Assembly: GCA_013265495.1 (NCBI GenBank)
Contig: MU061579.1
Coordinates: 124,001-188,000, forward strand
Reading direction: 5' to 3'
DNA: 64,000 nt
Source: Vicugna vicugna
Taxonomy: Eukaryota
Shown piece by piece: positions 11,933 to 26,100 of the stretch. The notes under the pieces were generated by a model, which did no database searches, was not told where the DNA came from, and worked only from the letters and a program-made list of their open reading frames with translations. Position numbers and translations under genes: made by a program. Position 1 is the first letter of the stretch, and each line of letters opens with the position of its first letter.

Positions 11933-13259
11933 TACTTTGGAAGGAAAACAAAAGCAAGTTTGGCAAATGTTAAAAAATAAAAAAAGTTAAAAAATAAAGT
12001 GGCTTACAATAATACAAATAAAGTGAAGAATTAAGCCAACAAAACCAACCTTCAATTTGAAAACTTTTAGAAAATTTAAAATTTCTTCAGTGAATATTAT
12101 CTATGCACATATAGGCTTCTCTGCTGCAAAAACTCTGCTTCTTAAAAATCTAGAAATTACTGTATCATTATAGTAAACTTTTTAGCTTTCCTACTATACC
12201 TCATGTTTTATTTTTGTGGTTCCTCATGGTGTAATCTCCCTCATTAATGTGACAGAAATCTTAGTCCATTGGGATAAAATATAAAGGATGAAATAAAGGA
12301 TAACACTGTTGTTATTTTCCTCAAATCTGCTGGATATTGTGGTTAAGCAGACAATAGGCAATATTCATAAAATGTTCCACTCTTTAAATTCCTACAAGAA
12401 AACTGGCATTTCATTTAATGGAAATCTTCATAACCGTCCTTTCTCCATGCAAACTGTCATTTGACACATTAGCACATGCAGAGGTACATTATAAAACATC
12501 AACACTTACATTAGATAAAAGACCTAAAATGATTATGAACAATGTTCTTTTTCTTCCAAAATATTCAAAAGCAAACACTCAGTAGTACAATATGTTTTAG
12601 GTTAATTACTTTAATTCAGTTTTAATTAAGTTCATGTTTCCATGCCAACAAATGGTTTTAAAATTGTTGAAATCTTGATGTTTCAGAATATGACTAAAAT
12701 TAATTACCTAAGAGCATTTGACTCAATTTTTTGGAACCATGTAGTGCAATTTTAGTATCATTATAGCAATGATTTTAGTATTATCAACTTTGAAAGAAAC
12801 TGCATTGTACTATAAGGTTTACTTTTATATTTTTCAAATTTTGTGTATGTATTTTTTTCTAATGCACACCTACTTGATTATAAATGGTTTTACAAAAATA
12901 ACATTAGTTACATAAAGAGACACAAATACAGGCACACGTTTGCCAGCTAGCTGTCAGCCCCAAATGATCCCTGTTTCCAAACATTCAAAGTCTCTTTTTT
13001 TTTTTAGGAATATTGCACTGTTCCCATACATCCAAATGGAAGATTAAGATCAACAACAAAACAGGTGGCCTTGGCCTAATTTATAATTTCCAATTTTCTT
13101 ACTGACATACTTAGAAAAAAAAGAAATATTCTTAATCTGAGATAAGGAAAAGCATGACTCACAGATGCCTAGAAATAGGGGTCTGCCATTGAGGAAAACG
13201 TTTATGTATTACAGAATTTTATTTCTATATTTGTATTGCCTTTTTTTGGAAATAACCTG

Positions 13260-13880
13260 TTTTTGTCAGGGTCTTTTTGGCGAGTGAAAACCATTTTTGT
13301 TACTTCAACAGAGATAATTTAAATGTAGGGAACTTGTTACACAAGTATAGGGGACGTGAATACACAGAGACAATACTGAATAAGTCAGAGATGAATTGAA
13401 AGTGCATGAAAAGCTATCCTCTCTAGTGATGGAGAAGAAAGGGATGAGAATGGAATTAACAGAACATAGAAGCTCAGAGAAGAGGCCCCACATAGCTGGG
13501 GCTCAGAACTCTGATGAAGAGTTGTTACCTTGTTGCTGCTGGTACCTCTGAGGGGACGTCACATGGCTAGTTCTAGATGTGCTAAAGGATGCTGGAGGCT
13601 GGAAACAAATGATGATGCCTTAGCAAAGTGCTGCTGCTGGGATGAAGTGTTGCTGCTCCTAAGAGACCCTGCCAGAAACAGGATATGAAATAAGAGAAGA
13701 AAGTTCTTTCTTTCCTTTGCTTGCTTTTAAATCTCTGTGCCTCCTATCGGCTGGACATAATGAAGTGGCAGCTAAAGAATCACAGTTTGCCTGGTGCCAG
13801 CCACAGAATCACATGGTAACGGCAAATGCAATTAAAAGGTGAATTTGAAGCTGGAAGACAATAGGTAGCAACACTGCAGT
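13260..13880. mobile_element. Old ERVL-type LTR (LTR41/LTR33 group)
   Basis: gtgaatttgaagctggaagacaata end and gtcagggtc start resemble the recalled consensus; highly diverged. Confidence 0.45.
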
Positions 13881-16419
13881 AATGATTTAGTTTTCTTAGT
13901 TTCTCTCTGGCATTAAAAGCTTCTCTGTTCCTCCTGAAGTTTTCCAGTTTGCTTCAAATCCCTCCCTTTCTCCTAATTTTCTACCTTACATTGAAGTTCC
14001 TGGTCTTTCTCATCAAATCAGTGTCTAATGGGCAACTCCATTTTATCAGTAGTTTTATACGTAACTGTATGCCACTTTTCCCATCTTGAAACCTCTGCTG
14101 ACCTAAAATTTTCAAACACTGTTGGAAGAATCCATTACCCCACCCTCTTCTAATTTAAATGATAAGGGGGGAGAGCAAGTTTACAGAGGGAAAATTTTAT
14201 TAAATTTATACCTAAATCAAGATTGAAAAACAACCAACCAACAAATTAAGTGCAGCCTAAGGTGCTAGGTTGTCTCTCTGATTAAATGAGAATGTGACAG
14301 TGATAGAACATTTAAATTTTTTCGTTTTAAAAATGAGAGTCATAATGCATATACCAGTTTGCTCATGGATTGTTATGCAGGCTGAAAAATCAAAACTATG
14401 ATAGTGTGTCATAAACATTAGGAACCGAGTAGAAATGATAGGTGCATGAAGGATTCTGTAGATTTGTTTCAGAGAATGATAACATAAAACCTTACTGGTA
14501 CTCACTCTGGAACAATCAACATAAAGTTAGTCACCTGGGGCGGGGGCAACACAGCTCATTGACAAATCAATACCTGAAGTTTAGTGTACCTGCTCTTGTG
14601 ACTTTCAATTTGGGATTCATATTTAATTCCACACTTTCTTTGCAATAACCTTGATACGTGCTCTGTTTCATCAATACAAAGCCAGGCAGCCTCACAACTG
14701 TAGCTCAGTTTCATTCTAGATCATTATCACCTACTCTTCGAGGTGTTGTCCAAGAAATCCTGAAGTGAATTTTGTACATACTGCAAGGATATATGTTAGT
14801 TTAGATTACGGCAACCATACCATGAAAATTGGATGGTGGTCTAGTGAGGCATTTTTGCCTGATGTAGGAATAAATATTCTAATTTGTTGATATTGATAGT
14901 TATTTTTAAAGAAGAAAAACTATTAAGAAGAAAATTTATTGAAAGTTCAGTTATCCAACATTTGACTTCTAAATTTGGAAAATGTCACTCTACCAAAAAA
15001 ATCAAGTTTCATATTTTAACTACACTTTTGGGGAAATTTTAAGATGTGATTTAAAAATCAAATATTAAGAAAGAGGAAAAGATACTAAATTGTAAAAAAA
15101 AAGGCATTGATGGAGGAAAAAATAAGTAATGTAGCTTAATAGTAGGCTTTTTCCTTGATATTTCTTTATAAATTGATACAGATGACCCCTTCCAGAAAAA
15201 GAACTTCTGAGACTATCCCTAGTAAGCCTAATGAAAACTTTATTAGTTGTTTGGGGAGAAAGGTAAACTTCAACATTGTATACAAGTTACACACTTGTCC
15301 CTAAATTCTGCGCCATATCAATATGTTAACTTGTGTATGTTTGATGATTGGACATTCAGGATAAAGAAATAAAGGAGGAAAATAATCAAGTGGCAGCTAA
15401 AGATCAGTTTGCATGGAAATAATTCCACTTGATTTAGGGGGTGGGAAAGAACGTTTTGTCTCTGCTTTGCAACTTTGAGCCCTATAACAAAGAAAGCCAC
15501 ATGAAGGCACTTGGCTTGGGTAACTGGTAAAGCATGCTCACAGGGAAAGATAAGATTAATGTGCTTACTTAAGAGAAGCCTCTCGTCTGCAGCAGGCTGG
15601 AATATTAATGAACCTTCAGCTTTGCTCTCTTCATTGGAATGTGTTTGCTGGAGTAGTTCATTCTGCCAGCAATGTAACTTATGTGCTGATTGGTGAGACA
15701 CCTAAAGAGCTAAGTCAGGGCCATTGCCCTCAATGGAAGTGCTGCCTGAAAAGAGACCACAAAATAGGACAGTGAATATTCGAGAGAGGCTTATGGATAA
15801 CCACTTCAGGAATAAGCTGACACATGCCCGCAATAAAATTCGGAGTCAAAAATAGAGTCGGATCAGCATTATGCTAAGTCAAATCACTGCAGTGAAATGA
15901 GAATAAATAACTATGTGCTTGAAACAGGATGACCTCAAGGAATCACGTTTTAGTGCACTGCTCCAGCTCACAAAGGCATTTTAATATCAAGAATTACCAA
16001 ATTTAAATAAAAATGTTATGCCATGCAGAAGTGTTAAAATCATACCTCACACGTTGAGTATTGTGAGTTTCTTTTGTCAAAAATAAGACTGTATTTTAAT
16101 TTATTGACCCACATATTACATCAAAAAGCCAACTAACTACACTGTTTCCTGAGAGAAAAGTAAATTAAAATGTGCTTACAGTATTTCTTGTACTTGTTTT
16201 TTTAAATGAGGAGAACTTGAATTTTTTTCCCCTGTCAATCTTCGTAAAACAAACCAAAAAGAACAACTATAAAAACTTTATGTACCTGGCAAGAAATAAA
16301 GGCAATTGCTTGGATAACTGAAGTATAATGTATGGTAAAAGACTAAACTGGTCAGCTCTGATTTAAACCAGCCTTTGCAAAAATATATTCCAAACAATAC
16401 CAGTCCTGAAAAAGTGCTG

Positions 16420-16446
16420 TGTATACACACACACACACACACACAT
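16420..16446. repeat. (CA)n microsatellite
   Basis: Read directly from the sequence. Confidence 0.9.
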
Positions 16447-16949
16447 GCACAATATTTTAGGATTAATATTTTCTCTCTCCCTCTTAGGGACTTAATAATG
16501 AACACACATTAGTCTCTGTAAATGCCTAAATTAAAGAAATGTTTAACTTTTAGTAACTCAGTATCCAAATGTGCAATGGGGAAGTTTTTTCTCTTCATAC
16601 CTATTTATATCTTGTATTACTAGTATTCCATTTTATACCTGTTAAGAAATACTAATTTAACCTAGGAGGGAGAATTCTCAGGGCTCCTCTTGCAAACCTC
16701 ACAGACAGAAGTATTGTATGATTGTTAGCTCATCTCATGAATTATACCAACTCCCCTCACTTTAAGCTGACCCCTTTGTTTAGTCTTCCACAAGCTAAGT
16801 AATAATATTTATGTCTTATAATGTATGTCTCATTTATGTCTTAGAAGTTCCTACACAGTCAGAACTTCATAGCCCTTCATAATCAGAAATGTAGTCATGA
16901 AAATGCCCATAGAAACCATCTTGAAAACTTACAATTACTGGATGTTTAA

Positions 16950-19900
16950 ATAGAGATGATAGTAGATTGACACGCAATATTAAGAAATAAAACAATCTCA
17001 TATATACTTTACTGACATACATTTGGTAAAACTCTTGTGTAAAACCGCAACCATGATATTGTCACTGGTACAACCCACCAATGTATTCTAATTTCCTCAG
17101 TTTTTCTTGGACTCATTGGTGTGTGTATTTAGTTCTCTACACTTTTATTAAATGTGTAGGTTCATGTACCAGCTACTGTGGTCCTAATGCTGGTCAATTT
17201 CATCATCACGCGTATCCTTCCTCTTGCTGTTTCATAATCAAATCCACCTCTCTTCCTGGAAACTCATCCAATTGCTGTGTATAAAAAGTTTGTTCTTTTT
17301 TACAGCTAATATTCCATAGTATGCATGTACCACAGCATTTTTAACCATTCCTCTGTTGAAAGATATCCAGGCTGATTCCAGATTTGAGCTATTATGAATA
17401 AAATTTGTATGAACAATTGCATATAGATTTTTTGTATGAACATAAATTTCCATTTCTCTAGATGGCAATTCCTGGATTTTACGGAATTGCTCCTACCTTC
17501 TCTCCTTCCTTCCTAGATTTTTTTCTTCCCTTTAAAAAAAACTACTGTGCAGCATTTTTTAGAGTGGCTGTATTTTTTTACATTCCCACCCACACTACAT
17601 GGGTGATCTAGTTTCTCTTGATCCTCACTAGAATTTATTTTGACTTTTAAAAAATTTTTTTTGCCATTCTGATGATGTGTAGTGATATCTCATTGTGTTA
17701 TTAATTTGCATTTTCCTAATGTTTAGTGATATTGAACATGTCTTCATGTGATTATTTGACAGCCGTATTTTTTTCAGTAAACTGTTCGTGTCATTTGCTC
17801 ATTTTTTAATTCTGATTGTTTAATATATTTACTATTAAGATGTGATGGTTCTCTATATATTCTGGATATAGTCTTGTGACAGAAACGTGATTTGCAAATA
17901 TTTCCTCCCTGTCTGTAGCTTGTCTTTTCATCCCTTTTGATATGGGCTTTTCCAGTGAAAAATTTTTCATTTTGGTGAGTTTCAGTTTATGAATTTTTCT
18001 TTTTTTGTGGGTTGTGCTTTTCACGTCAAGTTGAACAATCTTTTGCTGTTTCTAGATCCTAATGACCATCTCCTATGTTTTTATAAAGATTTATAGCTTT
18101 ATATTTTCAATTTAAGTCTGTGAATCACTTTGAGTTGATTTTGGGGTAAGCTGTGACATCTAAGTCAACATTAATTTTTGTCTATAAAGGTCCAGTTGCT
18201 CCAGCATCATGTGAAAATTCTATCCCTCCTTCTTTGAATTGCTTTTGCACATCTCTCAAAAATCAGCTGAGTTATGGCTGTGAGTCCATACTGTGTTCTC
18301 TGCTTTTTTCATTGATGTGTGTGTATATATTCTTCTGGCAATACCATACTCTTGATCACTGACATTGTCTACTAAGCTTGTGCCTTTCCATGTAAATTTT
18401 AAAATAAGCTTTCCTGTATCTAAAACATGATCTGGGATTTTGATAGGAATTGTTTTACAGCATAGACCAGTTTGAGAGAATTTTATATTGGGTTTTCCCA
18501 ACCATGACACACTATGTATTTCTGTTTATTTAGATATTCTTTGATTTCTTTCACTGGCATATTCTAATTTCCAGCATATAGATTCTATATATGTTATATA
18601 CATATGTATTTCATTTTCTAGAGTGATTGGAAATGATTTTGTGTTTTAATTTCAGTTTCCACATATTTATTGTTACTAAGTAGAAATGCAGTACATTTTA
18701 GCGCATTGGCTTTGTATCCTGCAAACTTTCTATGCTCATTATTATTTTAGGAGTTTTTGTTTATTTGTTTTGTTTTGGGTTTCTTTGGATTTTTATTTGA
18801 ATTATCATGCTATTTGCAAACAGAGATGATTTACTCCTTTCTAATTGGCATGTCTTCTATTTCCTCTTCCTGTCTTATTGCAGTTGTTAGAACTTCCACT
18901 GTTAAGGAGAATAAGAGTGGTAAGAGCAGACATCCTTGGGACACATAGTGTCTTTCACCGTTCAGTATAGTGTTCGCTGTAGGTTATCTGTAGATGCTTT
19001 CTATTAAGTTAAAAAAAAATTCCTTGTGAAGGTATTATAAATAATGCCTAGATGATTTGTCATAATGGGTATGGAATTTTGTTTAGTACCCTTCCTGGAT
19101 TAATTTATAAGATTATATGATTTTTGTTCTTTAGGCTTGTTGATATTATGAATTGATTGATTTTCAAATGTTGAATCATCTTTATATTTCTGGTCATACA
19201 CTTCAGTTGGTCATGGCATACATTTTATTTTATATTGTGCTAATTTATTAATTTAATTTATTTATTATTTATTTTGTATTTGCTAATATTTCTATAACAA
19301 TTGTCCTGTTTAAGTTATTAATAAGTATTGATCTATACTTGTTTTTGTTTGTTTGTTATTATACTTATTTGACTTTTTTTTTTAAATATCAGTATAATCC
19401 TTACCTCATACAATGAATTGGGAAGACTTCCTTTCCATTCTGTTTTGTGGAAGAAACTGTGTAGAATTGTACTAATGTTTTTTATTAAGTATTAGGTAGA
19501 GTTCTCTAGTAAATCCATCATGGTATGGAGAGTTCTTCGGTACTTTAGAATAGAAGTGCCATTATTTTAATGGTTGTAAGAATTCAGATTATTAATTTCA
19601 TCTTGATTGAAATTGGGAAGTTTGTAGTTTTCAAGGAATTTGTTTCTTCGAAATTGTTGAATTAATGAGCATACATGTATTCATAGTATTCCCTTATTAT
19701 TCTTTTAATATCTGTAGCGATATCCCTTATATCATTTCTGATGCTGATGGTTTGTGGATTAGTGTCTTCCTTGTTTTTCAATGTTTTTTTTTTTCAGTCT
19801 TCCTAGAGTTTTATCAATTTTATTGATTTTTTTAAAGAAACAACGTTTCTTGAATTGGTTTTGCTGTTGTTTTACTATTTTAATTACATTGATTTCTGCC

Positions 19901-21300
19901 TCTATCTTTAGTATTTCCTTTATTCTGCTTGCTTTGGTTTTGTTTTACTCTTCTTTTTCTAGTTTCTTTGACTGTAACTTAAGTTATTGACTTGAGTCTT
20001 TTTTTCCTTTCTAGTTTAAGTATTTCATAGTATGAATTTCTTTATTCTCATAACTGATTTGGCTGCATTTTATATATTTTGATATGTTGTGTTTTCATTT
20101 TCATTTCAATTATATGTATTTATTTTACTTTATTCCCTTTGAGTCTTCTTTTTTATCAATGGATTATTTAGAAGTTTAATTTCCACATGTTTAAAAATTT
20201 TCCTGTTCTCTTTGTCTTACATTTATTTTGATCACATTATGGTCAGAGAACACACTCTGTATGATTTCAGTTGTTTTAAATTGGTTGAAGTTTGTTTTAT
20301 GGCCCAAGATATGGTTTATCATAGTGAATGTTCCATGAGTACTTGTAGAAAAAAAAGAGTGTATTGTGCTATTTTGAATGGAGGATTCCCTACATGTCAG
20401 TTGGATTGTGTGTTGATTGTGTTATGCAGTTCTTCTGTATTTTTGCTGATTTTCTGTTCTGTCAGTTATAGTAAGGTGTTGAGGTCTCCAGCCATGACTG
20501 TGGACTTGTCTGTTTTTTTCATAACCTCTCTTAGATTTTACTGCCTCTATTTTGAAGCTCTGTTGTTAGATTTGTAAACATCTAGGATCATTATATTTTC
20601 TGCATGGATTGATCTTTATTAAGTAATGCCTTTGTTTTTCTGCAGTCATTTTCTTTACTGTGTATTCTGCTTCATCAGACATTAAATATAGCACTTGTAC
20701 TATTCTTGCATTAATGTTGCCAGTGTATTTTTCCCATATTTTACTTTCAACCTATTTATATGATTGAAATTGAAATGAGTGTCTTTTAAGCAACATATAG
20801 CCCTCCTTCTTGTTATTTAGTCTTACAGTGTCTCTCTTTTGATTGATATATTTAAGATAATTGTTGATATATTTGCCCTGAAGTATGCCAGTTTATAATT
20901 TTGTTTTATGTTTCATTCCTCTAGTTCTTATTCTTCTGTTTGTTTTTCCTTGCCTTCCCGTAGTTTACTTGAATACTTTAAAGATTCCATTTTGACCTAT
21001 TTAAAGTATTTGTGACTATACGTCTTTGACAGTTTTTGAGTTTGTTGCTCTGAGCAATACAGGACATGTATGTGATATGACAATTTCCTGGTATCAGCAT
21101 TTTACTACTTTGTGGAAAGTGTGGAAACTACATTGTGTGCCTTTACCGTCCCCATTTTAAATATCATTTTCTTTAGTTCAGCTGGTGTTCAAACTTGTTT
21201 CAATCATGGACTATGAGTTACAGAACTCATGGTGATAAGGATAGACTACAGTACTGTATGTATTCCTATTTTTGCTTTTACTTAGTCCTTCTTCTGCCTG
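16950..21300 (-). mobile_element. Old, diverged LINE-1 (L1MC/L1MD-like), 3' UTR through much of ORF2
   Basis: T-rich plus strand; minus-strand remnants EMEIYVHTKNLY, KRQATDREEIFANH, KLILKFTWKG. Confidence 0.85.
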
Positions 21301-21669
21301 ACACTCTAAACTTTTAATAAGTACTAGATATTATAATTTAGAGACATCCTTGCCCAGGAATAAATAATTTATTATCTCATTATCCCTAAAGTAGTACTGT
21401 TCTGAATTAATATGTGTCAATCACTCAACACTGTAACTAATGCATAGAAAGAGTTCAGTAAATGTCCTGTGCCATGAGGTTTAGCTTCTGTTCTTCTGTG
21501 TCACATTTCGTTATTGTATATTGTATGTCACCAACATAAACAGTGTTCTATTTTCCACTGATGTCAAGAATTCTTTATGCCATGTTTACATAGCTTATTT
21601 CTTTAATCTACAGATATTTTCTGATCTGCTGATTTCTTATTCATCTTTCAAGATTATTTCAAGTATCAC

Positions 21670-21962
21670 ACCATTTGTATTAATATGAGTGGTGTCTCCC
21701 AGGGCAGTCTACATCAGGTGATTGAGTGAAGTGTAGGTACACAGGTGTAGCTATTTTGTTTTGCTGCAAGACGACTCTGATGCACAACCAGAGCTTCCCA
21801 TTGGGTTGATTGAGGCTTTGTTAGGTCTAATGTAGAAGTTTGATTTCTTCTTCTCACAAATCTTGTTTTTTCCCAACCTTTTAGAAGTGTTAATCCCTAA
21901 TAATCATCTTGTAACTCAAACCCTCTCTCAGCTCTTACTTCCAGCAGACCTAAACTATGCCA
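21670..21962 (+). mobile_element. LTR16-like (ERVL) fragment
   Basis: ccagagcttcccattgggttgattgaggctttg...ctctctcagctcttacttccagcagacctaaac. Confidence 0.6.
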
Positions 21963-23130
21963 AAGTGGGACTTTATAGTCAAGTGATCTGTATTTTAGGC
22001 AGTAAAACAATGTGAGCAAACAATTAGGATATCAGGAAATTAGACAAACCAGAATTCCATTTATTCAGGAGAAGCCAATAGCATAGCAGGAAGCAGGTAG
22101 GCATGGTGAGCACATAAGTGCTCAGGAATCAAATCAGGTCTTAAAACCTGAACATAATTTCTAGAATCTTCCAGGTAGTAGGATCCTAATGTGTTTGATC
22201 GATTCCCTGATAATAAGGAAGTTGGTATGATAAAAATAGAAAAAAAATGGATTTAGCTTAAAAAAGAGAATAGTATGCTTAACTATGAACTGATTGGCAA
22301 AAAACAGAACAGTCGAAATTAAGTAAGCCTTTGATAATTGGCTTCTTGACTTGTTAACTTGACTGATGTGTCTGCCTGTGATGGTCATGCCTGAGTTTAA
22401 GCTGAGAACAGAAAGCATCTAGGGTCAGAGATGAATGGGCAGTAAGCAACAGTAAATGCTTCTTCAGTCTGTCTGAAAATAAAAATTTAAATAGATGTTA
22501 ACAATCATATTTTCACACGTAAAAACAAAAGAAATAGGATGAGTTCTCAATAACATTATGTAGAGATAATATTTAAGATAAAAAAGGAACTTACGTCTAA
22601 AATATATGCAAGAAAGGAAGATGAACTAAATTTTGGCATTTCTTTGGATATAAAGGGAGAAAACAGTCAAATATTGAGATCATAGAACAAAAACAGGAAA
22701 ATTAATGATGAGAGCTGGCATAAAATAGAGAAGTGGATGAAGTCAATTCTGTGTAAATTTTTGAGAACATATATTATTTTTAAGTCAACTCTTCCAAAGA
22801 ATACAGCCTAGAATGTAGTGAATGCTCCACAAATAAATATATATGAATTTGAAGAACAGTGATATATTCAAGAGGAGATATTTTGTTGGAGATGTAATGT
22901 ATGGTTGTTAACATAATAGCTCATATTAGCAGTTCAGGCTAGAAATAGAGGCAGTCATTCACCACATTGTGTAAGTAACTCTTCTTCTTCTCCTCCTCCT
23001 CCCCCTTCCCCCTCCCTTCCTACTTTAATTTTTGTGACAGAACTACAGTAGAGTAGGCCAGGACAAATTAATAACTCCTGTTCATTCTTGGTTGATGGGG
23101 AGAGAAGAACTTACGCCTAAGACAATGATA

Positions 23131-23175
23131 GCTCTCTCTCTCTCTCACACACACACAGAGAAAGCACAGAGAGAG
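23131..23175. repeat. (CT)n(CA)n microsatellite
   Basis: Read directly from the sequence. Confidence 0.85.
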
Positions 23176-26100
23176 GAAAAAATGATGACTCCAATTGAAA
23201 AATTTCCTAACAAAATCCATCATCAAAAATGTTAATGTTACAGAGAATAAGAAAAATAGTAAAGACTTTTATGTTTAAAAATAAAGGTTCATCTTAAAAG
23301 ATCACGTTAACCATGGAAGAGAATTGTCTCTGAAACTGAGGTAGGGGGAAATTCAGTAGCCTAAATAAGTCCAGTGTTAACATTTGTTGAGAAAGTTATA
23401 AATGGGGTCCATAAACTGCAAGTCTAAATTATTTAAAGTTGTAAATCAAGGTAAGCAGCTATTAAAGCATATGTTTCATCTTCTTACCCCAACAAATATA
23501 TGTCAGTAACAATCTCAAAATCCAGGTGCAAGTTTAGATAGATTTCTGTACAGAAAATGGTAATGCAAGGAGAGCTGGCCCCCATCTTCTGGCTCAGGAT
23601 TGCACCTCTCTCCTCTTACTGTTCTCAACTCCTGCACTGTGAAGGGCGTTGCATGTGCCCACACTGATACTCCAGTCCCTGCACCCAGGCTTCTGCCACA
23701 ACCCTAGAGAAACAGCCACCCTTTGGCCACTCTTGCAGGTGTGTGGCTACCGGCTATGTGATGTGCTCTTGGGAGGATAGAGCTGGAGAAGATGCCCACA
23801 GGATTACTGTAAGAAGGCTAAAGGCTTTGTAGGCAGGACGTGCAAGGTCCTAGGTATCTAGGACAAGAAAGGGAGGCATGTAGGCTCTGAGTAGGTGTGG
23901 CTTCTTGGATCCACGGTCAGCTAATTCTGTGGTGCACATGGGTCATGGCTAGAATAGGTCCAGAGTGGGGTTCCTCTGAAGTCTCCTTAGAAGGAGATTT
24001 TCTTGCTTCAGTCTGTGGATAGCTTGAGTCTGTGTGCCAATGTTCAAAGACCTGTACCAGAGTTTGTCTCTGCTTTCTTAACAACAGAATTTAGCCAATA
24101 GATAGACTCTTTCTTCTTCTCTATTCAGGAGCTTTGAATAAAACTAGAGCACAGAGTATAGTTTTTTTAAGAAGTAAATGTGTTGGTGCCCAGCTTCTTA
24201 GGTGGAATTTCAGGCCAGCTTAGCCACTGTTCCCAGTGGGAATGGAACAGCTCTATCGAGAAAGTTCTCTAAACCATCTGGAGTGTTATGGTGACATTTA
24301 CTTTTCTCTAATTTGCTCTCAGTGTGTCATTCAGCTTTCTCTGTTCTCGAAGGACATCCCTGAGTTTGAAATTGGCTGTTTTCTTTATTCATTATCAAAG
24401 ACTAACATTAAGACAACACAGAAAATAATGTTGCATTTCAAAGCAACAGCTGCGCCGTCTTCGACAGTGCTTTATTAACAATCTCTAAGTTGTATACCAC
24501 ATTGAGTTTTCAACTTTTCAGAGAATGACACCATTTTTTCTCCACTTCCCCAGATTTTTAATGAGCAGTTTTTCCCCTGATGTCTGTGTCAGAGGGTGAA
24601 GAGGTATGTTTTTTGGTTTCCGGCTGTTTCAATTAAGGAGATGATCATTATTTTGTGTACTCTACCATCTCTAATAAATCTGATTAGGGTAAATTCTGAC
24701 ACAGAAAGTGACTTAGTTCACATTGATTTTTAAAAGGCATTGGTAATTACTCCAGATTGATAAACCTCATCTGTTTCAGCAACAGATGCTTTTCTACAAG
24801 AAGGCCCACACCACACTTTATCTTCATGTTTTCTCCTGTATTTTCTACCCGTCATCCCATGTCTTCCGGAGTGTGTAGGAATAATCTTCTACAGAACAAA
24901 GGGAATAGCAGCGATTCAAATCTGAATCAAATTGTCAAAGCCCCCTCACATCTTACAGTGATGCAAAGCTGTACAAATTATCATTCTAAATCTATCAACA
25001 CTTCCATGCTGTTTCCTCAATAGGAATAATTGGATGATTTATATTTCCGGCTGACTTTTAAACATGACTGTCAGTGCATAAAACAAATTAGTTTTAATAA
25101 GAACTTTCACATGAACACATAGAAATAGAGTGACAGGAACAATAAATGGAGGATTTCAATAATTGTATTGACAGAGCTTCACCAAAAGAATATTCAGGTA
25201 ATTAGGATGATTAAACAATAATGAGCATTCCACTTACTACTTTCATCTGATTTCAAAATGTCTAATGAATTTATTAATGACAAGCATACTGTCTTTAAGC
25301 TAATGAGTCCCTTTTTTCATCAGGACTGAAATGTTATACTGATGAAATTGAAAGCTAGTCAGACTTGAAAAAATGATAAATGCAGATCCCAGATATTCAT
25401 CTGAAATATGTTTCTTTATGAAACAAGTCTCAAATGAGTTACATTTACTAAAACAGTTGATTTTTATTATTTAAAAATTTTCATTTTAGAAAATACATTT
25501 TTTAAGTAGCAAACCATAATATTTATAAAGCTAACAATTGTTTTATGTTGAAGAAACTTTGATGGAATTATATTATTATTTTGTTTATTTATATATATTA
25601 TTTCATTAATGCATAACATTGTCATGGAGCAGAAATATTATGGTCACAAGCATAGAGTCTGGTGTATGATTTGAAGTGAGCGGTTGAAGTGAAATTAGGT
25701 AATTGAAGCTGATAGGGTTAGTTGGAAGCAAATTTCAGATTTCTTTGAAAGGAGGATAATGCTGAAAAGCTTCATTCAATGGGAGATACTGTTGTTAAAT
25801 AGTGGGAAACTGTGGAGACAAATGTTCTCTTCTCCATACTACCATGGCAAGATTGTCGTGATGGGATTAATCACTGAAGTCTCCATGTAATAAACTTGAT
25901 TTTCTGGAATCTTTTAGTATGGAAAAGTTTAATTACTGTATTATTGATTTATCTTTATTATTTGTAAACTCATGCTATAAGGAGATAAAATAGCTCATAA
26001 GGGGTTTTCAGAAGTTTGATGGCATTTTATAATATGTTACTAGATGACATATACAGATATATGTATCACTAAATTGTATCACTAAATTATTTGAAAAACA

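Noticed and set aside
13008..13064. 57-nt in-frame plus-strand micro-exon (EYCTVPIHPNGRLRSTTKQ) after a T-tract/AG
   Set aside because: Weak donor (GTGGCC), unrecognised peptide, no partner exons
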